A stretch of 63,892 nt of DNA, the filler included, from Octopus bimaculoides (lineage: Eukaryota): the NCBI RefSeq assembly GCF_001194135.2. It is 8 parts of 8 records of this genome, joined end to end, with 100 filler letters (N's around TTAATTAATTAA, not from the genome) between each part and the next. Parts side by side here need not be neighbours in the genome. Positions count along the whole stretch, not along the records: positions 37,969 to 52,907 come from NC_068982.1; positions 53,008 to 58,181 come from NC_068990.1; positions 58,282 to 62,000 come from NW_026334720.1; positions 62,101 to 63,892 come from NC_069007.1; 4 more parts are not named here. One strand, written 5' to 3'. Position numbers and translations under genes: made by a program. The notes under the pieces were generated by a model. That model saw only the letters and a program-made list of their open reading frames with translations, searched no databases and was not told the DNA's origin. Numbering within the stretch: position 1 is the first letter of the stretch; each line of letters opens with the position of its first letter. Positions 51,101 through 63,892 of this stretch are shown here, one piece after another.

Positions 51101-52850
51101 TAACTATATCAGCCCGCCACAAATAAGTACACAATGCCACCTGTGCCTGCGTATTGAACCAGACTGGCAACCACCGGTTAAAGGAGATACCGGAACATTT
51201 GTTGCCGGAAAATCAGTACTCTACCTGGAAACGAAATGGATTTCCGAAGATTGCCCTGCGTCTAATGTGGCCATATTACAGAATGAGACCGAGTGCCGTA
51301 GGTTAGAGAGCCTGATGATCCAAAGTCTTGCTAGGTACAATAACTGTTATCAGTAATAAAATGTTGAAAACAAACCAAAATATCACAATCTGATAGCACA
51401 ATTATACGAAAATTTGCTTACAATTAGTCGGCAGTTACGTGGTACCGTTATATAATCTCATATCACCTTCCCTAATATACATAACCCACACCTGATATGT
51501 CTTACTTTATTTAAAAATACTGTTATCTTCAGGAAACTTTTTCATTTCTTTTTTTCATTATCTAAATGAAAAATTCTCCTAGAAAGATGAATAGAATGTT
51601 AACAAACTTTCATCCACCTGTCAGCTATTTCAATGAGTGGATGACAAAAAAATCATAGCGATGGTGCACCACCCTGGTGACCAATACCTGTTACATTAAA
51701 CACCACAGCCAGAAATACGAGTTTTACATCCTTTATGGCAGTTCTCTTGACTAGAAAACATAGCTGAGATACTGTACTCCCATAATGCTGTTTATTTATG
51801 AAAAAATTATGGTTTCATACTTTATTCCAATATACTGCCACAATATTGTGTTTACATGCACAGAACCATGCATTTTCCCTGTAAAACTACTTTAAAATGT
51901 TTTCCAGTAAATGTATGATGAAACATACTAAATTTGTTTTTTCACAAAATATATTTGTAAAATAGAGGTGCATCTTATATGCCGACAAATACGGCAATCT
52001 TTTGTGACTAGATCACAGTACGGTGCAGCCTTTACTTGCGAGTAAGTGTGACTTGATAACACTCTTTCGATAATTGTTTTAGGTATCGATGTAGTCGCGA
52101 ACAGACTCCAGGTCTGCTTTAAGTCTTTATCTTTGCTTTCACTAAATTTAGCCTTAATTTTTGTAGAGTATAAACGACTTAATCAATTACCTTGTATTGC
52201 AAATATCTATGCAGAGTTTAGATGACAAACCCTTCGTCAGCAAGTGCAATTTCACTCACATTCAAATTTGAAACCGTTTCCTGAAGAAGTCTTTCAAAAC
52301 CTATCATCATCATCAGCAGTAGCAGCAGCATTTAACGTCTGCTTTCCATGCTGGTATGGATTGAACAGTTTAACAGTACTACAGAGCTGCACTGTGCTCC
52401 AATGCCAGCTTTCTATATAAAAAAAAGATATTGTTTCAGGCTTAAGATCAATAATTTGATACCAGTCGTATATCGATGAATCTGTTAAATAAATGAGTAA
52501 TTATTTGTTTTTGGAGTTCTTACGTGTTCAGGATTTACGTAAACGGTTTCCTGCCCCATACATGAGCTCAGCCTCAGCGATATTCAGTGTACTATTGTTG
52601 GTATAAGAGTAGTCATATAACAGGATATACAACAACAATACACCAGGATGTATTGTATTTACTGTCTACTGAGTTACTATAAATATCTCATAATTGGACA
52701 GATCGGTTTCGTTTCGGCTTATTGTTTATGCTTATGTACTTTCCCTTAAATTGTGTGTTTATGCATTGACCATCACAATATCCCCTTCCAGTGAAGCAGT
52801 GGGAAGATTAATCACCTTTTGATGCATCATATTGGTTATGTTAGACAAGA

Positions 52851-52907
<57 letters not shown>

Positions 52908-53007
52908 NNNNNNNNNNNNNNNNNNNNNNNNNNNNNNNNNNNNNNNNNNNNTTAATTAATTAANNNNNNNNNNNNNNNNNNNNNNNNNNNNNNNNNNNNN
53001 NNNNNNN

Positions 53008-54548
53008 GGATATACCAATACTATATTTGCATACACATGCATAAACTAAGAATATGCAAAAGAAACTAATAAATTATATTAACTAATGAATTTATATGCA
53101 ATTATAAATATTTAGGGGTGAAAAAATTATTCGTACAGAATAAATTTATGAGTTTCTATGCCACAAAATACTGTTGAAATAATTTTTTTTTACTAGAACG
53201 TTCTCGTTTGTTCCAATAATCTTATCAGTGGTCATTTTTAAGTGTCAAAATGCTAGCTTCTTCATTCAGCAGTGAGACAACATAAAGTAGTGTTGTAATA
53301 ATGACGAAAAGTAAAGAACTCACAAATTCAGTGAAAAACTTAATTATTGAACAGTGGAAAGCAGGTAAAAGTTACAGGAAAATATCAGAGACCCTTTGTA
53401 TACCATTTTCTACCATATCTTCATTTATTCAAAGATATAAAACATCAGGAACTGTTGAAAATAGAAAAAGATCCAGTGCACCACGCAAGATTTCCCCTAT
53501 ATCTTTAAGAAAAATGAAGCGAAGAATCGAAAAAAAGGCAATGATTACCAGAAAGGAGTTGCAAGAAGATTTGTTAGCTTCAGGGACTAGTGTTACACTA
53601 TGAACAATCAGCAATGAACTTCATAGGAATGAACTGAAGTCACGCTCTCCTAGAAAAACTCTGCTGTTGACTAAAAGGCATAGAGATGCCCTTTTAAAAT
53701 TTGTTTATGAACATAAAAATAAATCTGATACATTCTGGGAAAAATGTTCTATGGACAGATGAGTCGAAAATTGAATTGTTTGGATGAAATTCGTGTAGTC
53801 ATGTTGGAGGAAAGATGATACCGCCTATTCGCCGAAAAACACAATTCGTACTGTAAAGTTTGGAGGTGGCAACATCATGGTGTGGGGGTGTTTCTCTGCA
53901 AATGGCACTGGCAATTTACATGTGATAGAATGTAGAATGAATGCAGAGATGTAGCAAAATATTTTGAACAATAATTTATGGGACTCTGTAGAAAAGCTCC
54001 AGCTTTGTGAAGGGTGGGTTTTACAACAAGATAACGACCCTAAGCATACGGCGACGTTTATCAAAAAATGGATTGTCAATCACAATATAAAATTATTAGA
54101 ATGGCCAAGCCAATCACCTGACTTGAACCCCATTGAAAATTTGTGGCGTTATTTGAAAATTAAGATTCATTCAAGAGCCCAATGTGCATTCTAGATTTTA
54201 AGAAAATTTGTCAAGAAGAATGGGAAAAAATTCCTAAAGAAACATGCGAGTCATTGATTAAGAACTACAAGAAGAGGTTGGTTGAAGTGGAACTGAATAA
54301 TGGTTATGCTACGAAGTATTAAATCAGAATTATCAGTTATTTGTTCTGTACGAATACTTTTTTCACCCCTAAATATTTATAATTGCATATAAATTCATTA
54401 GTTACTATAATCTATTAGTCTTTTTTTTGCATATTCTTAGTTTATGCATGTTTATGCAAATATAGTATTGGTATATCCCATTTATGTTCATTAGAAATTA
54501 AATAAATAAAGAATTTTGACATGTACGAATATTTATTTGCCCCCACTG
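53008..54548 (+). mobile_element. Near full-length Tc1 (DD34E) transposon with long IR/DR-type TIRs; transposase pseudogenised
   Basis: The coding remnant 53301-54322 runs from MTKSKELTNSVK through WTDESKIELFG and QQDNDPKH...SPDLNPIENLW (D-34-E) to GYATKY*. 53008-53140 is the reverse complement of ~54346-54478. The right end is ...ttatttgcccccactg. The left terminus is lost in the gap. There are several stops and frameshifts. Confidence 0.92.
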
Positions 54549-54876
54549 TGTGTGTATATATATATATATATATATAAATGTCGTGAAATATATTTGCCAC
54601 CTAAATGTGGCTAACCCTTAAGGGTTGATGCTACTGTAGCATGTAGCCCCAGGAAGACATCTCATCCAGCTGGCTATTGGCACACTTTCTTTTCCCTATC
54701 AATATTTGCAAAGGGAAGTCATCCTTCCTATCTCCAGCCTGACATGATACATACTGATCCGAGTTTCTGGGTATTGACCTGTGTTCAGTGTGTGACAATC
54801 ACTGGCTGGCAATGTATTGCTTTATTAAGAAGGCACAAACAAGAAAGAACAAACAGATAAATGTTAAAGTGAGTTT

Positions 54877-55194
54877 ATTTTATTATTATGCACCCTTTTA
54901 AAGCCTAGCCAGGCTCATGGGCCCGGTTTCTCAGTTTCTATGGCGTATGTGTTCCTCCACAGCTGGACGGGATGCCAATCCATTGCAGTGTCATTCAAGA
55001 AACAGGAAAAAAGAATGAGAGAAAGTTGGGGCGAAAGAGTACAACAGGAGTCGCCACCAACCCCTGCCGGAGCCTCATGGATCTTTAGGTGTTTCCGCTC
55101 AATAAACACACACAACGCTCAGTTTTGGGAATTGAAACCGCAATCCTCCTCCGATGAGTCCACTGCCCAAACCACTGGGCCATTGCGCCTCCAC
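54877..55194 (-). mobile_element. tRNA-derived SINE (head A + tail 2)
   Basis: Reverse complement of 22939-23248, with an imperfect TSD aaagtgagttt / aaagtgaattt. Confidence 0.85.
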
Positions 55195-55269
55195 AAAGTG
55201 AATTTGGATGGACCTTAATTTAAAAAATTTTGATAGTTATATGATATATAATATATAATATAATATATT

Positions 55270-57875
55270 TTATACTTTTTGTGGCTAGTAGGGAGGATTT
55301 ACCCTGATGGGCGAAAAGCCTGCGACTATACCTTTATCTTTCTCCATGGAGATCAAGCCGGGTCACTTGCACCCACCTTTCTTACCACAGCCTTCCATCT
55401 TTTCTTGAACACACCTCACGACAGTCATCTTCTCTCCAGCCCTATCTTACTCTTCAGATGATATCTGAAATAAGTGAGCAATCTGGGGCCAGTGATGAAG
55501 TTTCCCATTACGAGTCCTTGCATTCTTGTCTTCCAAACACTCTTTCAACACTGCCAAGGAGAAAACATGCCTCACCTTCTTTCGAGAGTCTGGTGGGTGG
55601 CACAATCTTTATTATAGATCCAGCTGAGAGCTGTACTCTACCTTGGGGTGACAACATGCGTTCAACGTAAATTATCAAGCCTGAAAGCTCCCAACAGTGT
55701 ACTGAAAGTGTGCTGGATGGTTTCATCTTCCAGGCCGCATCTTGGACATGTCGGCACTGCCATTCTATGCCTGGATAACTTATCACGAGCAGGTAAATTG
55801 TTCCTGTAGCACTGCCAGGTCAGGGATTTTTGGTAATTATCCAAATACCTCTGCATGAAAGTCTTTTGGAGCAAGTTGGTAAGGTGGTTCTCATCAAACC
55901 CCAGAGCCCCTCCTAGGATGTCATCATTTTTAGACTCTGCCAGCCCTCTATACAAAATCGAGGTGGTATTCCCACTGCCGGCCTTGCCCATCTTGTGGAT
56001 TAGCATGAGTGCCTGTCAATACTCCTTTTGCCATTCTGTCAGATTCTGCCTTTTAATAAAACCAGGTTTAAACCTCTCCAAGGAGGCTGGTCGCAGAAAG
56101 AACTCCTCCGCCAGCGAATTCCACACCTTATCACCTTCCAGGTAGCACCAGAGATGTCTCAGCCTCAATGCATGTCTGCGCATCATAAGCCAGGGCATCC
56201 CTAACCCACCTTTTAGCAGTTCCTGGCAGCAGACAGAGCGCCTGACAAGTGGCTTTCCTCCCTTCCACAATAAGCGGAAGAGGAGGGGCTACAACTTCTT
56301 TAGCCATGAGTCAGGGCAAGGGACAACGGTTAGGTGGTAGGTGAGTACAGATGTGACAAACACCTGTACCACTTCCGCCCTTCCTGTCAGGGATAGAGCC
56401 TGTCTGGTCCAAGTCCAAACTAGAGTTTCCACCCTGTTTGCCACCTCGCTCCAATTCTTCTCCGTTAGGGAGTCTGGTCTGAACCAAACTCCAAAAACTT
56501 AACAGGACCATCTATCCAGTGATCTATGACACTGGACAATACTGGCTTGCTCTTCCAGACACAAGCCGATAGACTTGTCCTTGTTAACTTTTGCCCCTGC
56601 GACTGCCTCGTATTCTTTGATAGCGTCTTCTACACAAGGTAGCTGAACCTCATTGGACACGATGATGGTGACGTCATCCACATAAGCAGAGACTGACTTA
56701 CCGCTTCCGATTTCATTGAGGGTGCATCCCAAACTCTCCAACTTCTTCAGTAATGGCTCAAAAGCCAAAACGTACAGAAGCAGGGACAGGGGACACCCTT
56801 GATGAACTGAGCACTTTATTGAAAATGGCTCCGACAGGTAGCTGTTTATCTGAATGGTGGATTGGATGCCACTATACATTGCGGAGATCCACCTATGGAA
56901 GTCTGGGCCCAGCCCAGCCGCTACAAGAATCACCGACAGGGACTGGTGGTCTACCCAATCAAACGCTTTACTTTGGTCTAAATGAACCAGTGCCCCACCT
57001 TTGCCAGTTAATTTACCTATCTTTATAGTGTGCTCTTATCGCGTTTAATGGGGCATAAGTCTCTAAATACGCAACGGCTTTTTCTTGTGTTTTGGGGAGG
57101 GGTTTGGTGAAAGGTTTCACCTTGAGGTTGGACTGGGCAGTTTTATTTTGTGTGTCTGGGGTGTTTTTATAACTTTTTTGTTTTGGGTGGAGAGTCAGGA
57201 ACTTGTATTTGTTTGTGCTTGGTTGTCACTATAGTGAAGTCCATCACTTCATTTATTTCTCGTTTTTCTTCCGCTGCTTTTCCTTTTGAAGTCTTCTCTG
57301 GTTTCTCTGTATTTTCGTTTGTTTTCTTTTCAGCTTTTTGGGGAAGGGCCTCATTTTCTTTTTTATTTTTCGTATATTTGGAGCGAATGTGGCACTTCTC
57401 TCCACACTTGAAACATTGGGGCCTTCGTTCCTCCACGGCTACTCTCATTGATAGCCCCTCCCCTACTAACACCCTATCTAGCAAATTTTCCAGAGTCTCC
57501 TTTGAAGCCTGTAGGACCATTTGTAAAGTTTGGCCTTTCCAGTTAACTGCCTCCTTCTTTTCCATCTGCAGAATCCTTACAGCTTCCTAAGTGTCGTAAA
57601 TGATGGCCGCTGCTACCCACATTACATCATAGCCTGCCGGAATTTCGTCAATTGTTACTTTTGTTGTTCTGCGGCCCAAGTACGTGGGTAGCAGAATTAT
57701 GCCCTCATTCTTGAGGGTCCTTGTTGAGACGTCATTGGCTATGTTAGCCATTTGGAACTACGCTTCAACAGTCACACTTCTGGTTCCACGGCTAACGTAG
57801 CTTATAAAATACCATATTGGTGCCAAGCACCTCTCTACTATCTCGTTTTTTACATCCATAATCTTCTCTTTTATG
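55270..57875 (-). mobile_element. Tx1/L1-clade LINE, internally deleted: ORF1 with zinc knuckle fused to the RT and C-terminal part of ORF2
   Basis: ORF1 contains CFKCGEKCHIRSKY (CX2CX4H knuckle). ORF2 contains GGALVHLDQSKAFDWVDH, SVHQGCPLSLLLYVLAFEPL, SAYVDDVT, KGGLGMP, and the C-terminal CPRCGLEDETIQH. I saw no APE endonuclease sequence. Confidence 0.88.
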
Positions 57876-57879
57876 TTAT

Positions 57880-58181
57880 ACTAGCAGAAATACCCGGCTT
57901 TGCCCGGGTTAAAGAGAATAATGAAATCTAAAAACGCCGTCTAGACTACGCAACCCTCAACTGTTAGTAGCTACGATACCATATTTCTACATTAATAACT
58001 CTCCAATCCATGCCAGCATGGAACATAGACATTAAGTGGAATGCCAGTCTCTCATCTAGGAGGGCCTTGAAATCAATGTTACCAACTGGGGACTATGTGT
58101 GTCGTAGTGATAATAAAAAGACCCAAAAGGAGGTCTGCAACGAAATAATTTTACTCAACACTTTGCAAGTGAATCAGTGGA
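57880..58181 (+). mobile_element. Helentron/HINE (DINE-1-like) 5' end
   Basis: Starts t|actagcagaaatACCCGGctttgCCCGGGT, a terminal ACTAG followed by a short subterminal palindrome. It truncates LINE ORF1 and runs into a gap. Confidence 0.6.
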
Positions 58182-58823
58182 NNNNNNNNNNNNNNNNNNN
58201 NNNNNNNNNNNNNNNNNNNNNNNNNTTAATTAATTAANNNNNNNNNNNNNNNNNNNNNNNNNNNNNNNNNNNNNNNNNNNNATATGTATGTATGTATGTA
58301 TGTATGTATACAGTGAGAGAGAGAGAGGCAATTATACGGATAAACAAATTAAATATAACAGCTTGCATTTGATATACAATATATTGCTTTCTTTATGCAC
58401 ACACACACACGCACACATGTAGACAGAAAGAAAGCAACGAGTGAAAATTTTCAGACGATGAGTATTTAAGTATAAATATATAGATATTTATATATTAATA
58501 GATCATTTAACACCTTACATATATGATAATACACCTCACTAATGTATTAAAGGTGTAAAAATCTGTAGAAACAATTGCAGTGGTTTTAGATAAAGAATGT
58601 CGTTAATTCCATTTTCTATCATTTAGCTATCTACCTATATAGCAAATAACTGAGAATGAGATGAATTAGGTACTTAAGTTGAAGCACCAAAAATTAGTGC
58701 TGTATTATTCGTACAACTTCAAAATAAGGTGAATAAAATCAAAATAAGCAACAGGATATCCAGAGGTGATGCAGTACGAACGTTTCAGGCGGCTCCATTT
58801 AATTCTTCAACTAAATGGAGCCG

Positions 58824-58855
<32 letters not shown>

Positions 58856-59244
58856 TTATCTATATATATATATATCTTTGTATGTATGTATGTATATAGA
58901 TATAGATATAGATATATATACACATACACTCGCACATATATATTGATATGTGTGTGTGTTTGTACTCTTCTTTTTGTAGTTAATGTAAAAGTGTATTTTG
59001 ATTATCATCGTCGCAGCTCCTGCTGGTGCGATTGTTGTTGTTCCTGTTGTTGTTGTTGTTGTAGTAGTAGTATAGCTGCCATTTCTGATATTGCGGCTGG
59101 CTATAATTAGTCATTTAGTCATAGTAAGAAATGATGCTGAAGAAAGATAGAAGCAAAAATGTTCAAAGAGATGTCGGAAGTATGGTTGACAAAGAGCAAA
59201 ATATTTCTGTTACAAACAGCACCACTGCCACCACCAACACCATA

Positions 59245-59285
<41 letters not shown>

Positions 59286-59792
59286 CACAGTATACACCCG
59301 TTAATTGAAGGGACCAATGAAACAAATCCATTTTTAAAGGTGTTTCCTTTAACTAGTTTTGAGTATATCGTTATTTCTGTTCTATTTTAACAAAACCTGT
59401 CCGACGAACGGGAACGTGAAACTGAGTAACATCTTTTGTTATATTTCTGCTGCTTTTAAATAAAATATGTATGTATGTATGCACATTTCCTTTCCCGAGC
59501 GTCTAGTAACACAATCTGTATCACGTCCTCACGTTGTTGTTTTTTGTTGTTCTTTTGTCTTTTTCCTTTTTTGAACTTATATATNNNNNNNNNNNNNNNN
59601 NNNNNNNNNNNNNNNNNNNNNNNNNNNNNNNNNNNNNNNNNNNNNNNNNNNNNNNNNNNNNNNNNNNNNNNNNNNNNNNNNNNNNNNNNNNNNNNNNNNN
59701 NNNNNNNNNNNNNNNNNNNNNNNNNNNNNNNNNNNNNNNNNNNNNNNNNNNNNNNNNNNNNNNNNNNNNNNNNNNNNNNNNNNNNNNNNNNN

Positions 59793-59838
<46 letters not shown>

Positions 59839-61199
59839 GCAGTAGACTCAGACACACAAGAATCACCGCCAAGAATAACATAAACAAAAACAGGAAAAAA
59901 TGACAAGAAACAATGGAATTACTCAGGAAACCAAAACATTATGAGCATCGCCAACACCTTCACCAAAGCTACAAGAAGAAAACCAACACTAACAACAGCG
60001 ACGCCTACGAGGACGACGGTGCTGTATGGAACAAGCGGTCCGACGCACTCAGAAGACAGGCAGTGAGCGAGGCAGCGAATGAGGCAGTGAGAGAGAGGAG
60101 GAGTGGGAGAGAGAGACAGAAAAGGAGGGAGAGTGAGCTGTCAGAACCAATATGGCGTCCACTAAATCAATCGCAACATTGCATTTAATTAGTCAATATC
60201 CTTAAACAGTTGTCGTTTAGGCTTCTTACCTCTAACATACTCGCATTCCACCCGAAGCTATCTTCTGGCACGTTTTTCTTACAGGAAATACCGATCTGAT
60301 ATACACATACATGCACGCGCACACGTACACACATAGACACATATTTTTTTGTTGTTTGTTGTACACTTGATTTTGCATTTGTTTTCTTCATAGAGGTGGA
60401 CGGGGTATATGCTGGGTATTTGCGGTTGTTTTGTAATTCGTAAGAGGCAAACAAGAACGTCTTTAGGTTATCAGTTTATATAAAGAGACATGTGTGGGTG
60501 AGTGTGTGTATGTATGTGTAAAATATATGTATAAGGTATATATATATATATNNNNNNNNNNNNNNNNNNNNNNNNNNNNNNNNNNNNNNNNNNNNNNNNN
60601 NNNNNNNNNNNNNNNNNNNNNNNNNNNNNNNNNNNNNNNNNNNNNNNNNNNNNNNNNNNNNNNNNNNNNNNNNNNNNNNNNNNNNNNNNNNNNNNNNNNN
60701 NNNNNNNNNNNNNNNNNNNNNNNNNNNNNNNNNNNNNNNNNNNNNNNNNNNNNNNNNNNNNNNNNNNNNNNNNNNNNNNNNNNNNNNNNNNNNNNNNNNN
60801 NNNNNNNNNNNNNNNNNNNNNNNNNNNNNNNNNNNNNNNNNNNNNNNNNNNNNNNNNNNNNNNNNNNNNNNNNNNNNNNNNNNNNNNNNNNNNNNNNNNN
60901 NNNNNNNNNNNNNNNNNNNNNNNNNNNNNNNNNNNNNNNNNNNNNNNNNNNNNNNNNNNNNNNNNNNNNNNNNNNNNNNNNNNNNNNNNNNNNNNNNNNN
61001 NNNNNNNNNNNNNNNNNNNNNNNNNNNNNNNNNNNNNNNNNNNNNNNNNNNNNNNNNNNNNNNNNNNNNNNNNNNNNNNNNNNNNNNNNNNNNNNNNNNN
61101 NNNNNNNNNNNNNNNNNNNNNNNNNNNNNNNNNNNNNNNNNNNNNNNNNNNNNNNNNNNNNNNNNNNNNNNNNNNNNNNNNNNNNNNNNNNNNNNNNNN

Positions 61200-61231
<32 letters not shown>

Positions 61232-61233
61232 GT

Positions 61234-61568
61234 GAAGGTGCATGGCTCAGTGGTCAGAGACATGATCTTACAACCGTGAGGTTGTGAGTTCGAATCTCGG
61301 ACCGAGCTGCGTGTTGTGTTCTTGAGCAAGACACTTTATTTCACGTTGCTCCAGTTCACTCAGCTGTAGAAATGAGTTGTGACGTCACTGGTGCCAAGCT
61401 GTATCGGCCTTTGCCTTTCCCTTGGATAACATCGGTGGCGTGGAGAGGGGAGGCCAATATGCATGAGCGATTGCTGGTCTTCCATAAAGAATCTTGACCG
61501 GACTTGTGCTTTGGAGGGTAACTTTCTAGGTGCAATCCCATGGTCATTCGTGACCGAAAGGAGTCTCC
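61234..61568 (+). mobile_element. tRNA-derived SINE (head B + tail 3); sister copy at 62814-63112
   Basis: A box tggctcagtggt and B box gagttcgaatc. The body ggtgccaagctgtatcggcctttgcctttcccttggataac is shared with 62814-63112. Confidence 0.85.
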
Positions 61569-62412
61569 GATATATATATATTTACTCACGAAAAAACATA
61601 GATAATGGGTTTTAATATTTTTTTATTTGTGCATCTCTACCTTACAGCTGTTTCCGATATACATTATAAGTGTGTTCATGCTTCTGCTTACTCAATCGGA
61701 CAATTGATCGTTTGAAAAAAAAGAACAACCTTAATAAATACTATTATCGTCGGAGTTCGCGTGTGTGTTATAACACACAACCGCGCGCACGCACGCTTAC
61801 ACATACACAAACACACACACACACACATATACCCCGCTGTGTTGGCCCCTTGTGGGCAATAAAAAAATTAAACATATATATCCTTCGAGAATTGTTAACT
61901 CAAAAGTGTTATTTTATAATGTCAGTAGTATGTATATGTATTTATATTCATGCATATATATGTGTATATACATTTATATATATATACACATTAATATATG
62001 NNNNNNNNNNNNNNNNNNNNNNNNNNNNNNNNNNNNNNNNNNNNTTAATTAATTAANNNNNNNNNNNNNNNNNNNNNNNNNNNNNNNNNNNNNNNNNNNN
62101 CACCACCACCACCACCGGCCAGTCATTTTCTTGCAGAATATTGGAAATGAATGACACTGCTTGTATAACGGTGACACTCGTTTACAACTATCTTACAATG
62201 TCAAGACAAGGACACACGGACACACACATACATGTACAGTATTTGATGGGCTTCTTTCAGTTTCTGCCCACCAAATCCACAAGACTGTGAGTTATAGTAG
62301 AAGGCACTTACCCAAGGTGCCACACAGTGGAACTGAACCAAGAACCTGGTGACTGGCAGGCAAACTGCTTACCACACCACACCACACCACACCACACTGC
62401 ACCTTGATATTC

Positions 62413-62447
<35 letters not shown>

Positions 62448-63194
62448 CGCGCAGGCTGGTCCAAAAGTAGGTTTACAGTTATCATGTAGGCACTTTAAAT
62501 TCCTTTTAAAACATTCTATTACATTTAAATTTCTATCTTACAATTAACTAAATTAGGACAGAATAATGGTTTAATATTTTTTTATAATTAAAATCTAAAC
62601 TGTTAATATATGAATGCGAAAGAGATAACTGAATAACTGTAAATCTACTTTTGGGTTTCTATCTGCCTCAATAAACTCTGTCTGACTCATGCCAGCCTGG
62701 AAAATTGGACGTTAAAACTATGACGATGACAATGATGAAAGAGGTATAAAAATATTTTTAAATTGATCAAAATATGACAAGTCTGAAATACTGAGGTACC
62801 ATAGTGAAATAGTGAAGGTGCATGGCTCAGTGGTTAGAGCATCAATCTTGTGATTGTGAGATCATGAGTTCGAATCCTGGATCAGGATGCATGTTGTGTT
62901 CTCGAGCAAGACACTTTATTTCACGTTACTCTAGTTCACTCAGCTGTAGAAATGAATTACAATGTCACAGGTGCCAAACTGCATCAGCCTTTGCTTTTCC
63001 CTTGGATAACACTGGTGGTGTGGAGAGGGGAGGCGGTATGCATGGGTGACTGCTGGTCTTCCATAACTTTCTAGATGCAAACTCATGGTCAGTCATGATT
63101 GAAGGGGGTCTCAGCTGAGCACTTTTGGGTGATTATTCCATCTTCATAAATGATTGCTGTCTCCTTGTGCTTCCTCATGCATATACATACATAC

Positions 63195-63340
63195 AAGTTT
63201 ATACCTGTAATTATTGGGGCCCTGGGATATGTAACACACTGCCTAAATACCAATCTTGGGAAATTAGGCTTCTCAAAACGAGAAAGGAGAAAACTGATTT
63301 GAGATCCATTTCAACTAATCTTACAAATCAGTTTCATACC
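63195..63340 (+). mobile_element. R4/Dong-like RLE C-terminal remnant
   Basis: IPVIIGALGYVTHCLNTNLGKLGFSKRERRKLI resembles the VPVVIGALG.V...L...L.KLG tail of RLE-type LINEs. Confidence 0.55.
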
Positions 63341-63892
63341 AGATATTAGATAACAGGGTAGTTATCTAAAAATGTGCTCTTCAGAGATGGCAAGAATGGA
63401 AAGAAAATAGGGCATGTGTTTTTAGATAATAATTTTGTGTACATGTACAAATGCACACACACACACACGCACACACACACACACACACATCATGAGCTTC
63501 TTAGAGATTCCATCTGCGAAATCCTTTCACAAGGATTTGGCTTTGGTCAGCTAGAAGATATAGCAGAAAACACACAATACAGTCATTGGGGCTGAACCTG
63601 AGAGCACATAACTGGGAAGCAACCACTGGCCATGGGTCTTCTCCAACAGGATTGGTTAGGAGCCCAGGCAACAGCAACAACAACACCATTACAATCAGCA
63701 ATACTAAACCCTGGAAATAGAAACACCATTTATGTAGCTTTCAATTATAGAAGCTAAGTTTGGTATTTTTTCAATTTATAAAGTGAAGATTCTGATAAAT
63801 ATTTTTCCACTCTCTTTAAACATTAAATTCTAAACAGAGAAATTTCACTGAAGCTAAAAATCAGTAGAGAGCAATTCTTAATGATATGTATG

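Noticed and set aside
52190-52290. Possible DRC3 exon with a good CAAG|GTAATT donor
   Set aside because: Stop codons in all three minus frames and no DRC3 similarity.

Overview
Repeat-saturated, gappy animal genomic scaffold. The microsatellite load, SINE types and gap style suggest a coleoid cephalopod, probably Octopus (inference). I recognise two partial protein-coding genes, both on the minus strand: the last three exons of sulfide:quinone oxidoreductase (SQOR; 209-266, 5167-5345, 10587-10657) and the last two exons of dynein regulatory complex subunit 3 (DRC3/LRRC48; 38260-38502, 42503-42694). All five have clean splice sites, and frame is preserved across the three introns. I could not find their upstream exons in the sequenced bases. 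The rest is simple repeats, modular tRNA-derived SINEs, LINE fossils (CR1, RTE, R4/Dong-like, Tx1/L1-like), DNA transposons (two internally deleted DD34D mariners, a near full-length IR/DR-type DD34E Tc1, hAT-like MITEs, a Helentron-like end) and Penelope-like remnants. The most notable unannotated structure is at ~49.35-50.28 kb, upstream of the DRC3 exons and probably intronic. It is a Penelope-like fragment flanked by inverted repeats that each encode a minimal type I hammerhead ribozyme, one with a fully canonical core, and it sits next to a 72-bp-arm near-perfect hairpin. The twin mariners also differ strikingly in CpG decay, which suggests a fossil record of gene-body methylation over SQOR. 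Most ORF-track entries are microsatellite or N-gap artefacts.
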